Below are positions 38,627 through 52,539 of a stretch of DNA of 64,000 nt, one piece after another. The stretch covers positions 87,234,001 through 87,298,000 of the forward strand of contig NC_042998.1 in assembly GCF_006345805.1 (NCBI RefSeq), read 5' to 3'. A program made the translations under genes and the position numbers. Position 1 is the first letter of the stretch, and every line of letters begins with the position of its first letter. The DNA is from Octopus sinensis. Lineage: Eukaryota. Below the pieces are notes generated by a model. The model made no database searches. It was given only the letters and a program-made list of their open reading frames with translations, and was not told where the DNA came from.

Positions 38627-38827
38627 ATCTATGTATCTATCTCTATCTAGCTATCTAACTATTTATCTATCTATTTATCTATCTGTTTATCTATCTGTCT
38701 GTCTGTCTGCCTCTCTCTCTCTCTCTCTCTCTGTTTATTTGCATGGGCATCCAGTTATGTCTGTATGTGTAAACTTTCCCACTCTCTCTACTTGTATGTG
38801 TATATTTCTGTGTTGTGTACGTGTGTG

Positions 38828-38882
<55 letters not shown>

Positions 38883-39466
38883 ACCTTCAGTGTCAAAACA
38901 TGTGTCACCAAAACAGCCTGAATGTCCAAACTGTCAATGTCCAAATACTCATGTCTAGTCACCTCATTCTGGTATCAGTGGTTTAGTTCGGAATTACTGT
39001 TCTTTTTGCATTTGTGAACACTACATTTTCCCTATTTTTCCCCTTTTATTTTCCCATATCAATACAAATATAATACTATTAATGTAATGTAATCAATGAA
39101 CTCTATTAAGCCTTTATTCATGTTGTTTTCTTATTTTAAAATTGGCCTTGTTCCTAATGTTTGAAATCATTATTAGTGACAAGTGAGACATGGCTGCTTA
39201 TACATATTCTTTGACATCCATTACATTTGCTTTCCTGCCTCATCGATTGTCCTGTTAATATCTTTTAATCCTATAATCAAAAGTGCACTTGAGTGCAGAT
39301 GTTGATAGATGTCACAATTCTTTAGTGAGCTATTTGTAAGTTCAGTGAAAGAGAATATAGAATTTAGATATGCATGTATATGTGTATATATGTGTATGTA
39401 TACATATACATATACATATATATGCATCTCTCTCTCTCTCTCTCTTTCTCTCTCACTCTCTCTCTC

Positions 39467-39504
<38 letters not shown>

Positions 39505-39599
39505 TCTCTCTCACCTCAGTGGATTGTACATCTGAAAATGAAGCATGCTCTAAATTTCAGAGTAATAATGTATGTTTACAAGAATATAATTATATTCCT

Positions 39600-39751
39600 G
39601 TCATAGAGTTACTACAAGTTTCCTATCCATAAAGTGCTCAGCCTTATAGACGACATGACAAACATATATATGTCCGTGGCCATTGGAGTCTGATGAATCA
39701 TCTATAAGGCTGAGTACTTTATGGATAGGAAACTTGTAGTCACTCTATGAC
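39600..39751. other. Inverted repeat: 54-bp arms, 44-nt loop
   Basis: gtcatagagttactacaag...ccttatagacga / tcatctataagg...cttgtagtcactctatgac, 3 mismatches. Confidence 0.92.
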
Positions 39752-39756
39752 TGGCC

Positions 39757-39905
39757 AGGGCATCCAGCTGTAGAAACTCTGCCAGATCAGATTGGAGTCT
39801 GGTGCAGCCATCTGGTTCGCCAGACCTCAGTCAAATTGCCTAACCCATGCTATCATAGAAAGTGGATGTTCAACGATGATGATGATTATGATCATGATCA
39901 TGATG
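39757..39905 (+). mobile_element. 5'-truncated RTE tail fragment
   Basis: agggcatccagctgtagaaac...aacccatgc...(GAT)n. Confidence 0.85.
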
Positions 39906-40769
39906 ATATATGTTATATATATGTATATGACATTTTTTGTGAATTCTCCCTATATATATGACATACATATATACATGCATACATACATAACCTAAAGTTC
40001 ATATATATATGAACTTTAGGTTCATATATATTCATGAAAGGCTTGGTTGGAGGGTTAGCTTCCTGAGCTCTTTCACAGGGCTTAGAAAAACTGATGGTCT
40101 GCAATAAGTGTGTGAATCTGAGAAGGAAACATGTTGAAAAAAATCATAGTTTACTGATCTCCCTGTATTTTCTGTTACCCAAAACCAGGAAGTTTTCAGT
40201 ATCCCCTCATTTGTGTGTGTGTGTGTGTGTGTAAATGATGGCTTCACCTTATTTTTGAGCAATGTTATTCCTTGATTGTTCTCTTAAATATGAGCAACAC
40301 AAGTATGGTTTTTCAGTTCTGCTAGAGACCTCCACTTTTTAGCACACATATGGCTACTGTTGGCGTGTCTTGTAGCACTTGTTTAGAGAGCTAACCAGCC
40401 ATGCTGGAGCATGACTTCATTTCGTCAAGGACTTTTTCATTGAGTGTTTTGCCTTTCTCAGTTGCAGTCATCCACAGTGCGACATAATAGAGACATTAAA
40501 AATCAAGCATTGCTGGTGCCTGAAGTTTTTTAAGGTGAAGAAAGGTTTTTCACAGGACCAATCTCACTCTATAAACAATGTATGCACTTGCCTAAAAAGA
40601 AGGACTTGTCTGCATCATTGAAAATAGATAAAGTTGCGGGTGTTGCAAGAGTTTTCTTTCTTCTAGAGAAATGACTAATCAAAAACTAAGGGTCACTCAT
40701 TCCCTGAGATAATATTTATATTAAGAATGCTTTGGTATTTTCTTATTAATCTCTTTGATGCTGGTCTGG

Positions 40770-41450
40770 AGGGAGGGGACTGTGCTGATCATTTCTGCAG
40801 TCCTTTGAGATGAATATATTTTATGTAGTTAATGCTCCTCTTGCAAAGTTGCACGTTGATAGCTGCTAGGGAAATATGAGCAGAGAGGAAAGTCCAGAAG
40901 TTGATGTCCTATGAAGAAAAGATTTAAGTGTACTAATTAATGCAAAACCTGAGTGGTAGGACAATATAAATGAGAAGATTAAGAAAATGAGTGAATTGTG
41001 AGTGCTCTAGTGAAGTCAACTGTCCAAACAACTTCAAGACACAGAGGGCACTGTACTAACAATAGAAAAGACAGAGAATAGAAACAATACAGTTGTGGAT
41101 CAGATGTTGATGTGTTGTGGTTGAAGAATTCATGCAAATGAATCAGGTAGATTTTTTATTGGATGAACTTTAGGATGTTTGTAAGTGAAGTAGCAGTGCC
41201 ATTCCAGATGTGAGAGCAGTGCTCCATTGTGCATTTCACCTGATCTTTACTAAGAGATAGTAGTTGTTAAGAGCTGATGTATTTTGTGGCTCTGAAGAAT
41301 ATCATCCTATGCAATGTTACCTTTGCTAACTCAGGATGTTCATTTGCCAGGAACAATCCTCAGTAAGGGTGAGTCAGAGCCTTCTGTAGATCCATTGCCA
41401 ACTCTTGTAAGTACTAAACCTAGATGGAATAAATGTGGTGAATCTCTAAA
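40770..41450 (-). mobile_element. Old Jockey/CR1-group LINE RT 3' relic
   Basis: LTLTEDCSWQ...FFRATKYISS.QLL...QVKCTMEHCSHIWNG resembles the post-RT motif QIRPxMEYCSHIW. Confidence 0.6.
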
Positions 41451-42411
41451 TGTTCATAACTATGGCCTGCATGTTACAGTTGTCTTTTTAAGAACTGCCA
41501 TAATCCACTAGTGTAGCTCTCCCATTTTCTATGGTGCTAAGTAAATGACATTGCCCTCAGTTTCTAAGAAATAGCAGTAGATCAGAGCTGGGTGGTAAAT
41601 GGGAGTACTGAAAGAGTGAAGGACAGCTTGGCTCATCACTCTTTCTTGTGTATCTCTCCTCTCTAAATGTCACTCTCCTTTAAATTTTATCCATGAATAG
41701 AACTGAATTTATCACCTGAACCTAATGACTCCATTGTTAATAATTACAGTCAAATGAGGGTGATGGATTTGAAAAGTCATTAGAGTGTCAGAAAAATAAT
41801 ATCTTGCAGCATTTGTTCAGGCTATTTATGTTCTGAGGTTCACTTTGCTTTTTATTCTTCCAAAGTTACTAAAATAAGGTACCAGTCAAATACTGGGATC
41901 GATTTAACAGCTAACACTCTGCCCCAGCTTTCAATCCTTAATAAAATAATCACAGTGTAACTATGATGATGTTACTCTGATTTTAAAGACGTTTTTGAGA
42001 AAGTAGTGCAGGTCTGTATAAAGTCATTAGGTTCCATAAGGATGACAAACGAATAGTAGTAGACCTACATAGGAGTGTGAATTGTTAGCAAATAGATGCT
42101 AGCAAATAGATCCATTGATGAACAGAAGATAGTGTGATGGGTAGCTCAGTTTTGACTAATCAAGGTTAGAAAGAGGAGAGTTGTTGGCACACATTGTTGT
42201 ACTGCTATCAAGCAATAAGCTTCCAATCCATGAAATGAAAAGCACGTAGAGACCGTGAGCAGACAATTTAGGTGGGTTCTCTCACCTAAAATAGAACAAG
42301 GCTTTACTGATGATGTCAAGGGCACAAATATTACTTTTGACAAAGTTCTGAAGGTGTTTGATGTGAACTATACCATTCCTTAATACATATTTATGGGTAC
42401 ACATGCTATTA

Positions 42412-42667
42412 CAGTGGTTCTTACCCAAGGTCTGTTTGACCCTTACGTGGCCATGTGAGATTTTGTTGTTAAAATTCTTGTGTAATAGATCAGTTATTCT
42501 TCTACAATGCACAAAATATTTTAACAATTTTTTAAAAATATAATTTCTAATAATATTTAATTAATAAAAATATAACAAGAATTTTTAAACATCAAATGGC
42601 TATGAGGGACCAGTAGAGTAAAATGGAATCAAAGGGTTCATAGGTAAAAAATAATTGAGAACCACTG
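42412..42667. mobile_element. hAT-type MITE, copy 1
   Basis: cagtggttct...agaaccactg termini; body matches 43794-44036. Confidence 0.8.
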
Positions 42668-43793
42668 GGCTTGAGAGTTAAGTGACTTGGTCTTATACAC
42701 AAGGTATTGCTAATGGCAGAAACCATGCCAAAAACCCTTCATTATACATATTGTTTGTTTTATATGATGAAGAGAATGTATTTCAGACAAGATCACATGA
42801 TGATAACAAAGTAATAGACTCATAAAAATAAAGTGTAAAAACATAAAAACAAAGATGCAATTCATAGTCTGAAAATCTCAAAATCCTGTTCTGATAATTC
42901 TTATAAATGTAACAAATAGTAGCTAATAGAAAATAAAGAAAGAAAGAAAGAAAAAGAAAGAAAGAAACATTAATAAGGAGACAGAAAACTCACTACAAAC
43001 AATTTATATTCTATAAAACAAATTGAATCAAATTTGAAAATAAAAGAAAACCACCACCACCAACAACAACAACAACAGCAACAATAACAACAAAGGTTAA
43101 AAGAAACTAAATCAGCAACACAGTTCCATCACACTTCATCAAATCTTCCTCGTCTCTCTCTCACATGGTAATTACTTAAGATTTTGCTTTTTAAGAAGAT
43201 TAACTAGGATTTATTACTGAGAAATTAAACATGGCAGGGTGTGTCTGGATGCTTTGGGGAGATAACAAAACTGTTGGCTTTGTTTATCGTTGTTAATTAA
43301 TCATGTATTCACATATCTCCACTTACTCTATCAACATCCTTCCTTTTCTTACTTAAGTGTGATTTTTTATAATTTATTGATTTTCTTTTTAATGTTTCTT
43401 TCTCCTCCAATGACATCTCCCAACCCACCACCATCACCTTTATGACTGCCACTGTCAGCACCATTTGTGGATTTGAATTTTTTTTTTAATAAAAACTATG
43501 AAATGATGATTTCAATTATTAATCATTTTAAAACAATTCTTCCTCAATATTAATCTGTTACCATTATTATTTTTTCCCCTACTATTGTAAGATTGAACAG
43601 TTAGCTCTTCCCTAGTTATAGCATTAGTTTGTCCATCATCATCAACACTGACCAAGGACATCACATGGGAGGAGAAGATGGATCATGGTATGTTTGGCTA
43701 TGGCTAACCAATCTGATGCATCCTCAGAAGGCTCTGCAGCAGGTCGAGCATTGAAGGTCTGCTGGGTCTGAAGACAACGAGTTGGCTCTAAGA

Positions 43794-44036
43794 TAGTGGT
43801 TCTCAACCAGGGCCCACATTACCTTGGGAGGTCCACATGAGATTTTGTTGTTAAAAATTATGGGCAAAAAATAATACGCAAAATATAATACACAAAATAT
43901 TTTAACAATTTTTTTAATACAATTCCTAATAATGCTTAATTACAAAATGCTTAATTACAAAAATGGCTATGAGGATCCACCTGACTAATATAGGAATCAA
44001 AGGGCTCCATAGGCAAAAACTGGTTGAGAACCATTG
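43794..44036. mobile_element. hAT-type MITE, copy 2
   Basis: tagtggttctcaacc / ggttgagaaccattg; degenerate 8-bp TSD ctctaaga/ctctaaat. Confidence 0.82.
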
Positions 44037-44055
44037 CTCTAAATAGTGATGTTAA

Positions 44056-44255
44056 CCCTTTCTTTACCAACCTGGCTAAAACCAGCTCTGGTTCTGAATA
44101 CAAATGTCTTGTTTTCATAAGTTTAGAGTTAAAATCTTCCACCAAACCTTAGTCACAATTTATGCTTCTAACACTAGCTTAATGATAACCAAGTTATTTT
44201 ACTAAATTCTTTGTGATATATAAAGTAATTGAAAATAAATACAGTAACGAAAGAG
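44056..44255. mobile_element. piggyBac-like MITE, copy 3
   Basis: TTAA|ccctttc...gtaacgaaagag|TTAA. Confidence 0.85.
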
Positions 44256-44684
44256 TTAACTAGGAAAAGGATTAAATTAGTGGTGTCCTGAAACTGGAAA
44301 TCTGATCTGACTGCTTACAGAATAGTGAACCCTGCTAAAGACACCTGAGGACCAAATGGATAGCAACAGACTGTGTCTATTACCTATGTAGGTTCCAATT
44401 GTATTTGAACTAAGAATATAACAAGTACCACAAGACATCTCATCTGATATGTTAATAATCCCACTAGTCTGTTTCCTTATGCTAAGAGTTGATTTATTGA
44501 TCTCAGAAGAATGAAGGGTAAAATTGACTTTGGTTGGATTTAAACTTAGAACATTGAAAGCCAAAATAAATACTGCAAAGCAACTGATCCACATAGAAAA
44601 AATAGATTTTTAAAATCTTGTATTTGTTTTATTTATTATTGCAGTTTGCTGGGTGTTTTTGTATTATATATGCTTTATATCAAG

Positions 44685-45385
44685 GCACTCTGTTGGTTGC
44701 GATGATGAGGGTTCCAGTTGATCCAATCAATGGAACAGCCTGCTCGTGAAATTAATGTACAAATGGCTGAGCACTCCACAGACATGTATCCTTAATGTAG
44801 TTCTTGGGGAGATTCAGCGTGACACAGAGTGTGACAAGGCTGGCCCTTTGAAATACAGGTACAACAGAAACAGGAAGAAAGAGTGAGAGAAAGTTGTGGT
44901 GAAAGTGTACAGCAGTGTTTTCCACCACCCCCTGCCAGAGCCTCATGGAGCTTTAGGTGTTTTTGCTCAATAAACACTCACAATGCTCAGTCTGGGAATC
45001 GATACCACAATCATATGACCACTAGTTCACTGCCCTAACCACTGGGCCATTGCACCTCCACATGTTTTATATATAAAGGAACTGATATTCCATTGGTTAC
45101 AACAACAAATTTTCCAGTTGGTCCAATTAACAGAACAGATAGCTTATGAAATTAATGTGCAAGTGGCTGAGCACTCCTCAAGCATGCATACTCTTAATAT
45201 AGTTTTTAAGGAGATTCAATGTGACACAGAATGGGGAAAGGCTGGCTCTTTGAAATACAGGTACAACTCATTTTTGCCAGCTGAATGGACTGGAACAAAC
45301 TGCTCTAGAATGCAATGGGCCACCAGGAATCAAACTTATGACATTATAGTCATGAGCCAAATACCCTAAGCTACATGCCTTCACA
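44685..45385 (-). mobile_element. Cluster of antisense tRNA-head SINE relics
   Basis: Two bodies homologous to 14548-14870, plus a relic of the 28671 family. Confidence 0.75.
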
Positions 45386-46491
45386 TATATTATGCACTTT
45401 ATTGTGTTTTCTTGTGTGCATGATTATTCAGTCCATGGAAAAATTATCTTGTATGAAACCAGTCCATACTGCAAAAAAAAAATTAAGCATCACTGTTCCA
45501 ATGAATCAGCCAGTTTGTCATTTATGGGCTGCAGCAAGATGATATTTACAAGATACACTACACAAAGACGTTTATCTTTTCTAATATACCAATGGTTGAT
45601 GGAACTCACAGTAAGTGTAGAATTGACAGAGGTTAATTTGAAACAGCTTACTTTAGTATTCTGTCAAAGTTTTCAGATACTTAATCATAGCATTGTGTAA
45701 AGGCTCACCTCGAATATTAAGACATCAGTTTTTGAGTGGCTGTATGAAATAGCAAGTCATTGTAATGATTTGATGTATCAATTCTTCTATCTTTACATTA
45801 CATTTCAAACTAAATTGACATCAGGTTGGATGCTTTAGGGAGAAAAATGAATATAAATGAAATGTCATATAAACAACAGACAAGCACCTGTCACCAAGAA
45901 TTCTATCAACTTCAGTGTTTCTTAAAAGCTAGGGAAAATATTTCTGTTTCACAGTCACTATACCTCACACACACCCACACCCACACCCACACACACACAC
46001 GAACACACACACATATGCACACACACACACACACATCACACACTTATATACATTCATTCATTCATTCATACATATGTCCTGTAGGCAGCTTGTCAAGTAT
46101 TACACCTTGTCCTTTTGTTCACAGAACAGAGTAGTTATACAAGTGACTCTAAAAACATCTTTCATCATTTCTTTCTGGATGACTTGAAGCTGTACAGGCC
46201 AAGTATTAACCACAAAATCAAAAACGAAAAGCTATTATATCTCATTGACCATTTTGTTTTTTCACAGACAAGAAACAAAAATTGGTGAGCTTGAAATGTA
46301 TGTTTGGTGTTAAGTTATGAAAACTTGAGCCCTTCCCCACAAAGACTAAACCATGAACAGCTTGACTGAACAGCTTTTAGATGAGAAATACAAGCATTTT
46401 AGACAGAATAAAAACGTCAGGCATGATTGGTCATAATACAGAAAAAGGAAGAAATAAATATCACACAGGAGTTTGTGTTTTTTTTTGCTGA

Positions 46492-46567
<76 letters not shown>

Positions 46568-49047
46568 CATGCGTGCATATGTGTGTGTGCCTTGCTGGTC
46601 ATGTCATTTCAAATACTTTGATGATTTCTCATCTTCGTTGCTGATGTCATGCTTGAGATTTGATTGTTACACTGATAGCTTTCAGTTACAAGTTGAAAGC
46701 CAAGAATTAAGCTTTCCCTTGTCTCTGTCAGTTTTTCTCTATAAAAAAAAAACTAGGCTACAAGTGGTGAATGACACTTCAGTTAGCTGTTCATATAGTT
46801 GAAGTTAACAAAGTGAGTTATGATACAAGGGTAAGAAGCACTTGAGAATCTTGCAGGAAAGTATAATAACAGTTACTTCTGATAGGATCCTGTGGACAAG
46901 ATATTCGAGTGTTCTACTCCAAGAACCCTCTCAAGAATAGTAGATGGAGAAAATGAATGGGTGGGGTAGGAAAAGTCAAATGGACATTACTGTTTGTTTG
47001 AGGAAGTTTGAAAATACAAAACAAATCAACTTTACTTGTTTCTATAATAAAGGAAACAAATATTGGTTTCAAATATTGGTACAAGGCCAGCAACTTTGAG
47101 AGCTTAAATTAATTTCATTGACCCCGTGCTCAAATGGTACTTCTTTTATTGACTTCAAAAAAATGGAAGGTAAAGTCAATCTCAGTAGTATTTTAACTTA
47201 GAACATACAGGTGAACAAAATACTGCTAAACATTTTGCTCAGCATGCAAACGATTCTGCCAGCTTACTACTTTAAAGGCAACAAATATTAAGAAGACGAG
47301 TTGGTGAAAATGCTGAGAAAATTACTGTAGTGAGACAAGAGTTCATAGTTCAAATCCTGGCTAATTTTTCAGTTACATTCTCAAAATGCTATCTTCCCAT
47401 GAGAGACGATGTAGTAACCAGAATGGTCTTTAATAGATTAAGAAAGAAAAGTATAACAACAAATAAAAAGGAAAAATATTGTGAATGATCAATTAAAAAA
47501 ATATTGGTTGTCATCATTATTGTCATTGTTGTCATCGTCTTCGTCGTTGTCGTCATCATCAGCAGCAGCAACAGCAGTAGCAGCAGCAACAGCAGAAGAA
47601 GAAGAAGAGACTGTATTGCTTTATGTCTGTTTTCCATGCTAGCATTGTTTGGAAGGTCCAACAGGAATGGATGAGCCAGAAGACTGTAACTAAAAATAAC
47701 AGTAATGAAATTAAAACGCAGTTGGCCTGCTATTATTTTGCTCCACAAAATAAAAATATGCCCCGTTGTAGAAATTGGATGTCCACTTGACATTAAGAAA
47801 ATGCAAGAGAAAGCAAACATCTATGAATAATTGGTGGAGAGTTTGCAAATCCAGTCACTGAAATATAAAGGATGAATCGTTGTGTGAATAATGATGGAAA
47901 GATCAAGGTCATTTTCTTTAGAGCTTTGCTGCTTGACAGGTAACCAGTTAACATACTCTCTAAAATACCAATCAAGAAGAGAAGACACTTCTCTGTTCAA
48001 CCATCCACCCATTCATCCATCCATCCATCCATCTATACAGCATACATGCAAACACATAATACATACATACATACAGACAGACAGACAGACAGAGACATGA
48101 TAATTGCCTCATCCTATCAAATGATGGCCTTCTCACTTTCAGCTTCATTGTTCTAATTTACTTTCATCCTTGCACTGATGTGACTTTTCATGCCAGGCGT
48201 AAATGAACATGGATCATACTTTGATTAAATAAATCAGTTCTCTAACACTTCTGGAACATTTTACTGTTACCTTTCAAATACGACATTTCATGTAAAACAA
48301 CCTAATACATACATATACATGTGTGTATGTGTGTGTGTGTGTGTGTGCGAGTGTGCATATTTCATATCTTGTTTATGGCCACTACATGTTGAAAGAAGAT
48401 TAAATCAGCTTTACATTTATTCATTTATTATTTACTTCTTCATTAATCATTATCGTGACATTAAAGTGTTAAAATGTTTTTAACACTTGGTGATATTTTT
48501 TATTATTTTCACACTTCTGAAAGTGGTGAGCTTGCAAATTCATTGCTTAGGGGTATTTCTCTCAGATATTTACATTATGAGTGCAAATGCTGCCGAGGTC
48601 AACTCTGCTTTTCATCCTTTAGGGGTTGATAAATAAATAATTGATTTTTTTTCCCTCCCCTCAAAATTTCTGGCCTTATGCTAAAATTAGACTTATTTTT
48701 ACTTCTGAGTTCAGTTTCCAGTTGAATCAAACTTACTTTACTCTCATGGGGTTATTCAATAAAAATTTTAATGCTTTTTCATGTTATTTAACCCTAGGTC
48801 AGATCTGATCCAGCAGTCCAATAGTCAGAAGTGTTTCCTACGTGATCATGATTATCCTTTCAGATTTTTACAGTTTATGTAATTTGATGGGTTTTTTTTT
48901 CTTTTTGAAGTTGGTAGGTATAATTTGAGGAAGATATGGTTTCTTTTTCTAATATATTAAATGACCATGTGTGCGCTCCGTCATTAATTCTATTAAAATG
49001 TAATGGTCAACTCAATTACACTATTGGCTGTAGGAATTTAGAGATGC

Positions 49048-49540
49048 ACGTGTGGTTGTGTGGTTAAGAGGCTTGTTTCCCAACTATGTGATCCAACTGT
49101 GCAGCACCTTGGGAAAGTGCTTTCTACTATAGCCCTGGGCTTACAATGTCTTATCAGTGGATTTAGTTGAGAGAAACTGAAAGAAGCTCATTGTACATAT
49201 GTGTATCTGTGTGTGTATGTATGTACATGCATGTGTGTGTGTGTGTGTATAGACATGCATGTGTGTGTGTGTGTGTGTATAGACATGCATGTGTGTATTT
49301 GTGTATACCCTTGTCTGGATATCATGTGATGGTTGTAAATGAGTCTCACCACCACACAGGCAGTGTTATTCCTTTCTAATATTCTGTGAAAACATGTCAG
49401 GGCAATGAGAAGTATTACCTTTCTTGGAAACAGGTGAAGGTTGGTGACAGGAAGGGCATCCTGCTGGAAAAAAATACTATCTGATCTATGAAAGCATGGG
49501 AAAGTGAACATCAAGTGGCAACAGAGATGGTTCCAACTGG
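49048..49540 (+). mobile_element. CORE-type SINE head joined to an RTE-like tail
   Basis: gtggttgtgtggttaag...ccttgggaaagtg...(TG)n...aggaagggcatcc; similar to 53345-53825. Confidence 0.7.
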
Positions 49541-50908
49541 GTGGATCATTAGACAAAATGTTGTACCATATTTAGTTGCTCTCCTTTACTGTTTGAGTTC
49601 AAATCCAACCAAGGTCGTTTTTGCTTTCTATTCTTTGGAATTAATACAATAAATATCAGGCATAGGTTAAGAAATTCACTTCACACTAATAAAGTCTTGG
49701 GTTCAATTCCACTGAGTGGAATACAGCCTTGGGTAAACATTTTTCACCATAGTCTCAGATTGACTAATGCCTTGAGTGAAATAAAAGCAGTCAAAACTGT
49801 ATAGAAACCTGACTACTGTAATTCTATGGACCAGCCATGTTGCATTTAGTGTTAGGGTGAGTTTATTTGAGAGTTGCTTTTAGACTATAAATATCTGTGG
49901 AATATTCAGCCAATTATGCCATAATTCAATAATCTATATTATAGGCACAGGCCTGGCCATGTGGTAAGAAGCTTGCTTCCCAAACACATGAGTAATCAAT
50001 GAAAAGGTGGTTCAGTTGATTAAATAGCTGTAATGCTTGTCAACAAAATCAATGGAAGATGCATTTTATTTTACCAGTCAAGAACTGGAACCGGTGTATT
50101 GAACTGTTCCCTCCTGCTAATCTGTGTGGGCTTGTTCCTATGTTAGAAATCAATAATTATGATCATTTATGAGAAATATGTTGGAAGATGTGCTATTCTG
50201 GTAGAAGGTAGTGAGTCAAGACATGAGAGGAAAATCTACCAAGGTATTCTGTAAAAAGCATTTCACAATAACATAATCAGGTATCTGGTTCTTTTTTTAG
50301 GTAAAGAGTCAGATATCTGGGTCGCTCAGTGCAAACTCTTCTGTTGTGATCATGTAATTATGTGTAACATGTAAATGTGTATGTGCGCGTGTGTGTGTGT
50401 GTGTGTGTGTGTGTAAATGTGTAATGTTTCACACATGCAAAGAAAGCACCATCTATAAAACAAACTGTTTGCCTATTTGTATCTCTCTCTCTCTATATCT
50501 CTCTATCTCTCTCTATCTCTCTTTCCCTATCTATCTATCACTATATCTATGTGCAAATGTGTGTGTATGTAAAACACTTCAAGACAGATTCCATTATTCT
50601 GTTACTTACATTGACAAAAGTCATAGAACCCAAGAACTGGTTTTTAAGGCATGTAAATCTTTCATTAGATTTAAACTGACAAATTGTGTAACTTGACAAA
50701 GCCTAATGTAATTTTTAGAATGGAAATTAAAGAATATTGCTTTTGATATTTTCAATGTAGCTTTAATATTGATATATTGGATTAGACAGTTAAGACTAAG
50801 ATAAGAAATAAGGAAATGTCATCATTTTAAATTATAAAGAAAATTCATCTAAGAAATCTAAATAAAATAGTTATTATTTTTGATTATTAGCCATCCAATT
50901 ATATGACT

Positions 50909-50941
<33 letters not shown>

Positions 50942-50944
50942 GTT

Positions 50945-51050
50945 GGGTGAAGGTGCATGGCTCAGTGGTTAGAGCATCAGGTTAACAAGCTTGAGGTTGT
51001 GAGTTCAATTGCTGGACCAGGTTATGTGTTGTGCTCTTGAGCAAGACACT
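50945..51050 (+). mobile_element. tRNA-derived SINE head
   Basis: tgaaggtgcatggctcagtggttagagc (A box)...gagttcaatt (B box)...cttgagcaagacac. Confidence 0.8.
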
Positions 51051-51054
51051 GCTG

Positions 51055-51330
51055 AGATACCTGCTAACCCAAATAGGGACAGACCACATAGAATAGGAGA
51101 GAGTCACAGCATGGAGGAAGATTGTAACCAGACTGCAGCAAGCAATGTTGAGTAGGCCAGTGCAGTTGTGACAGATGAGAAATGCCAAAGAAAGAAAGAG
51201 TTATTGTTACAATCACTTCTGACCAAAACCTACATATTTGCTCCAGGTGTGCTAGAGCCTGTTGTTCAAGGATTGGTTTACATACGCATTCAAGGGCTTG
51301 CCATGCTTACTCACAATCTTCGACACATAG
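51055..51330 (+). mobile_element. 3' end of a second RTE family with a C-terminal zinc finger
   Basis: IGTDHIE.ERVTAWRKIV ... HICSRCARACCSRIGLHTHSRAC (CxxCxRxCxSRIGLxxHxRxC pattern). Confidence 0.72.
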
Positions 51331-51375
51331 AACTGCTATCACAGCCATCATATATATGACTCGTGGGTTGGACAG

Positions 51376-51565
51376 TCACTGAAGAGGTCACAAGCATGAC
51401 ACGAAAGATTTCCATTCAATGGACATAAAATAAAAACAAAAATAAACAAGTGAAGAACAAATATATAGTGTGTGTGTTTATTTGGCAAAACAAAAAAAGA
51501 CCATCCCAAGATATAACATTATATATCACCATGTTGGACCACTGAAATCTACAAATAATTTAAAC
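51376..51565 (+). ncRNA. Hammerhead-like motif heading a ~190-bp repeat (copy A)
   Basis: CUGAAGA (51379-85), G, gtca/tgac stem II, C, GAAA (51403-06), GAUUUC. The downstream block matches the reverse complement of 57577-57750. Confidence 0.6.
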
Positions 51566-52457
51566 TTATAAATTTTATATATATATACAAATATATATAT
51601 ATATGTATGTATGTATATTTTTATATTTATATATTATTTTATTTATCAATTAATTAATTAATTAATTTATTTATTTATTTATTTATTTTTTTTATATATC
51701 AAAAATATTAAAAGTTTAATAAAAGATATATATGAGGACTAGGGCTAGGAAATTTCTGGTTTAAAGTTGGATACTAAACTATGGCCAAAGTTAACTATCT
51801 CAGGAGATGGAGAATTTTAACAGAAATGCCTGAGAAAAGCATTGAGTTGTGGCAACGTCCTGCTTTCAGGTTTTTCAAAAAGTATGGCTGGTCCTGTACA
51901 AGGTTTCACCACTAAAAACAAATTTGTGGGTAGTCTAATGGCTATAATTTTGGCTGTTAGACCCTCATACTTTGAAGCCAATAAAAGAAACCCCTTTATA
52001 TATAATTGGAATATCTTGAAGCAACAAGATTTAAATAATAGCATGTAAGTATTGGATTGAAAAACTTTTGGAAAAATAAAAATGAAGACTTTCTGTGCAA
52101 CTCAAACCGATATCTATAAAGATAACAGACATTCTATCATTGAATCAAAGAAATCCTTCAAATTCCACTGTCCCTTTCAGAAACTTTATTCTTACCTGTG
52201 AAAATTGTAAGTTATTTACATCATAAGAAATTTTTATAAAGTTTTGAAATAATGTTAAATAATTGAGGAGGGGGTATCTCAAAGCACACACTTAAAGCTA
52301 TAAGCAATAGCATGTGAATATTGCTTTGCAAAACCCTTTTAGGACAGGAAACAAAAAGGCTATCTGTGGGACTTGAACACATATCTGTAGACATTCCCAA
52401 AAACAATTCATTACATTCTCTCAAAAGTTTGTGAAATATTCCAATGACATCATCATG

Positions 52458-52539
<82 letters not shown>

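Noticed and set aside
45510-45610. Open frame FVIYGLQQDDIYK... before gtaagt
   Set aside because: No clear acceptor and no homology.
47922-47939. 18-nt microexon candidate (tctttag|agctttgctgcttgacag|gtaacc)
   Set aside because: It would interrupt the conserved S3 Asp codon; weak donor; no supporting evidence.
52188-52215. Recursive-splice-like motif ttttcacag|gtaag
   Set aside because: On the minus strand, opposite to the only supported gene. The + strand analogue at 50300 has a poor donor (gtaaag).
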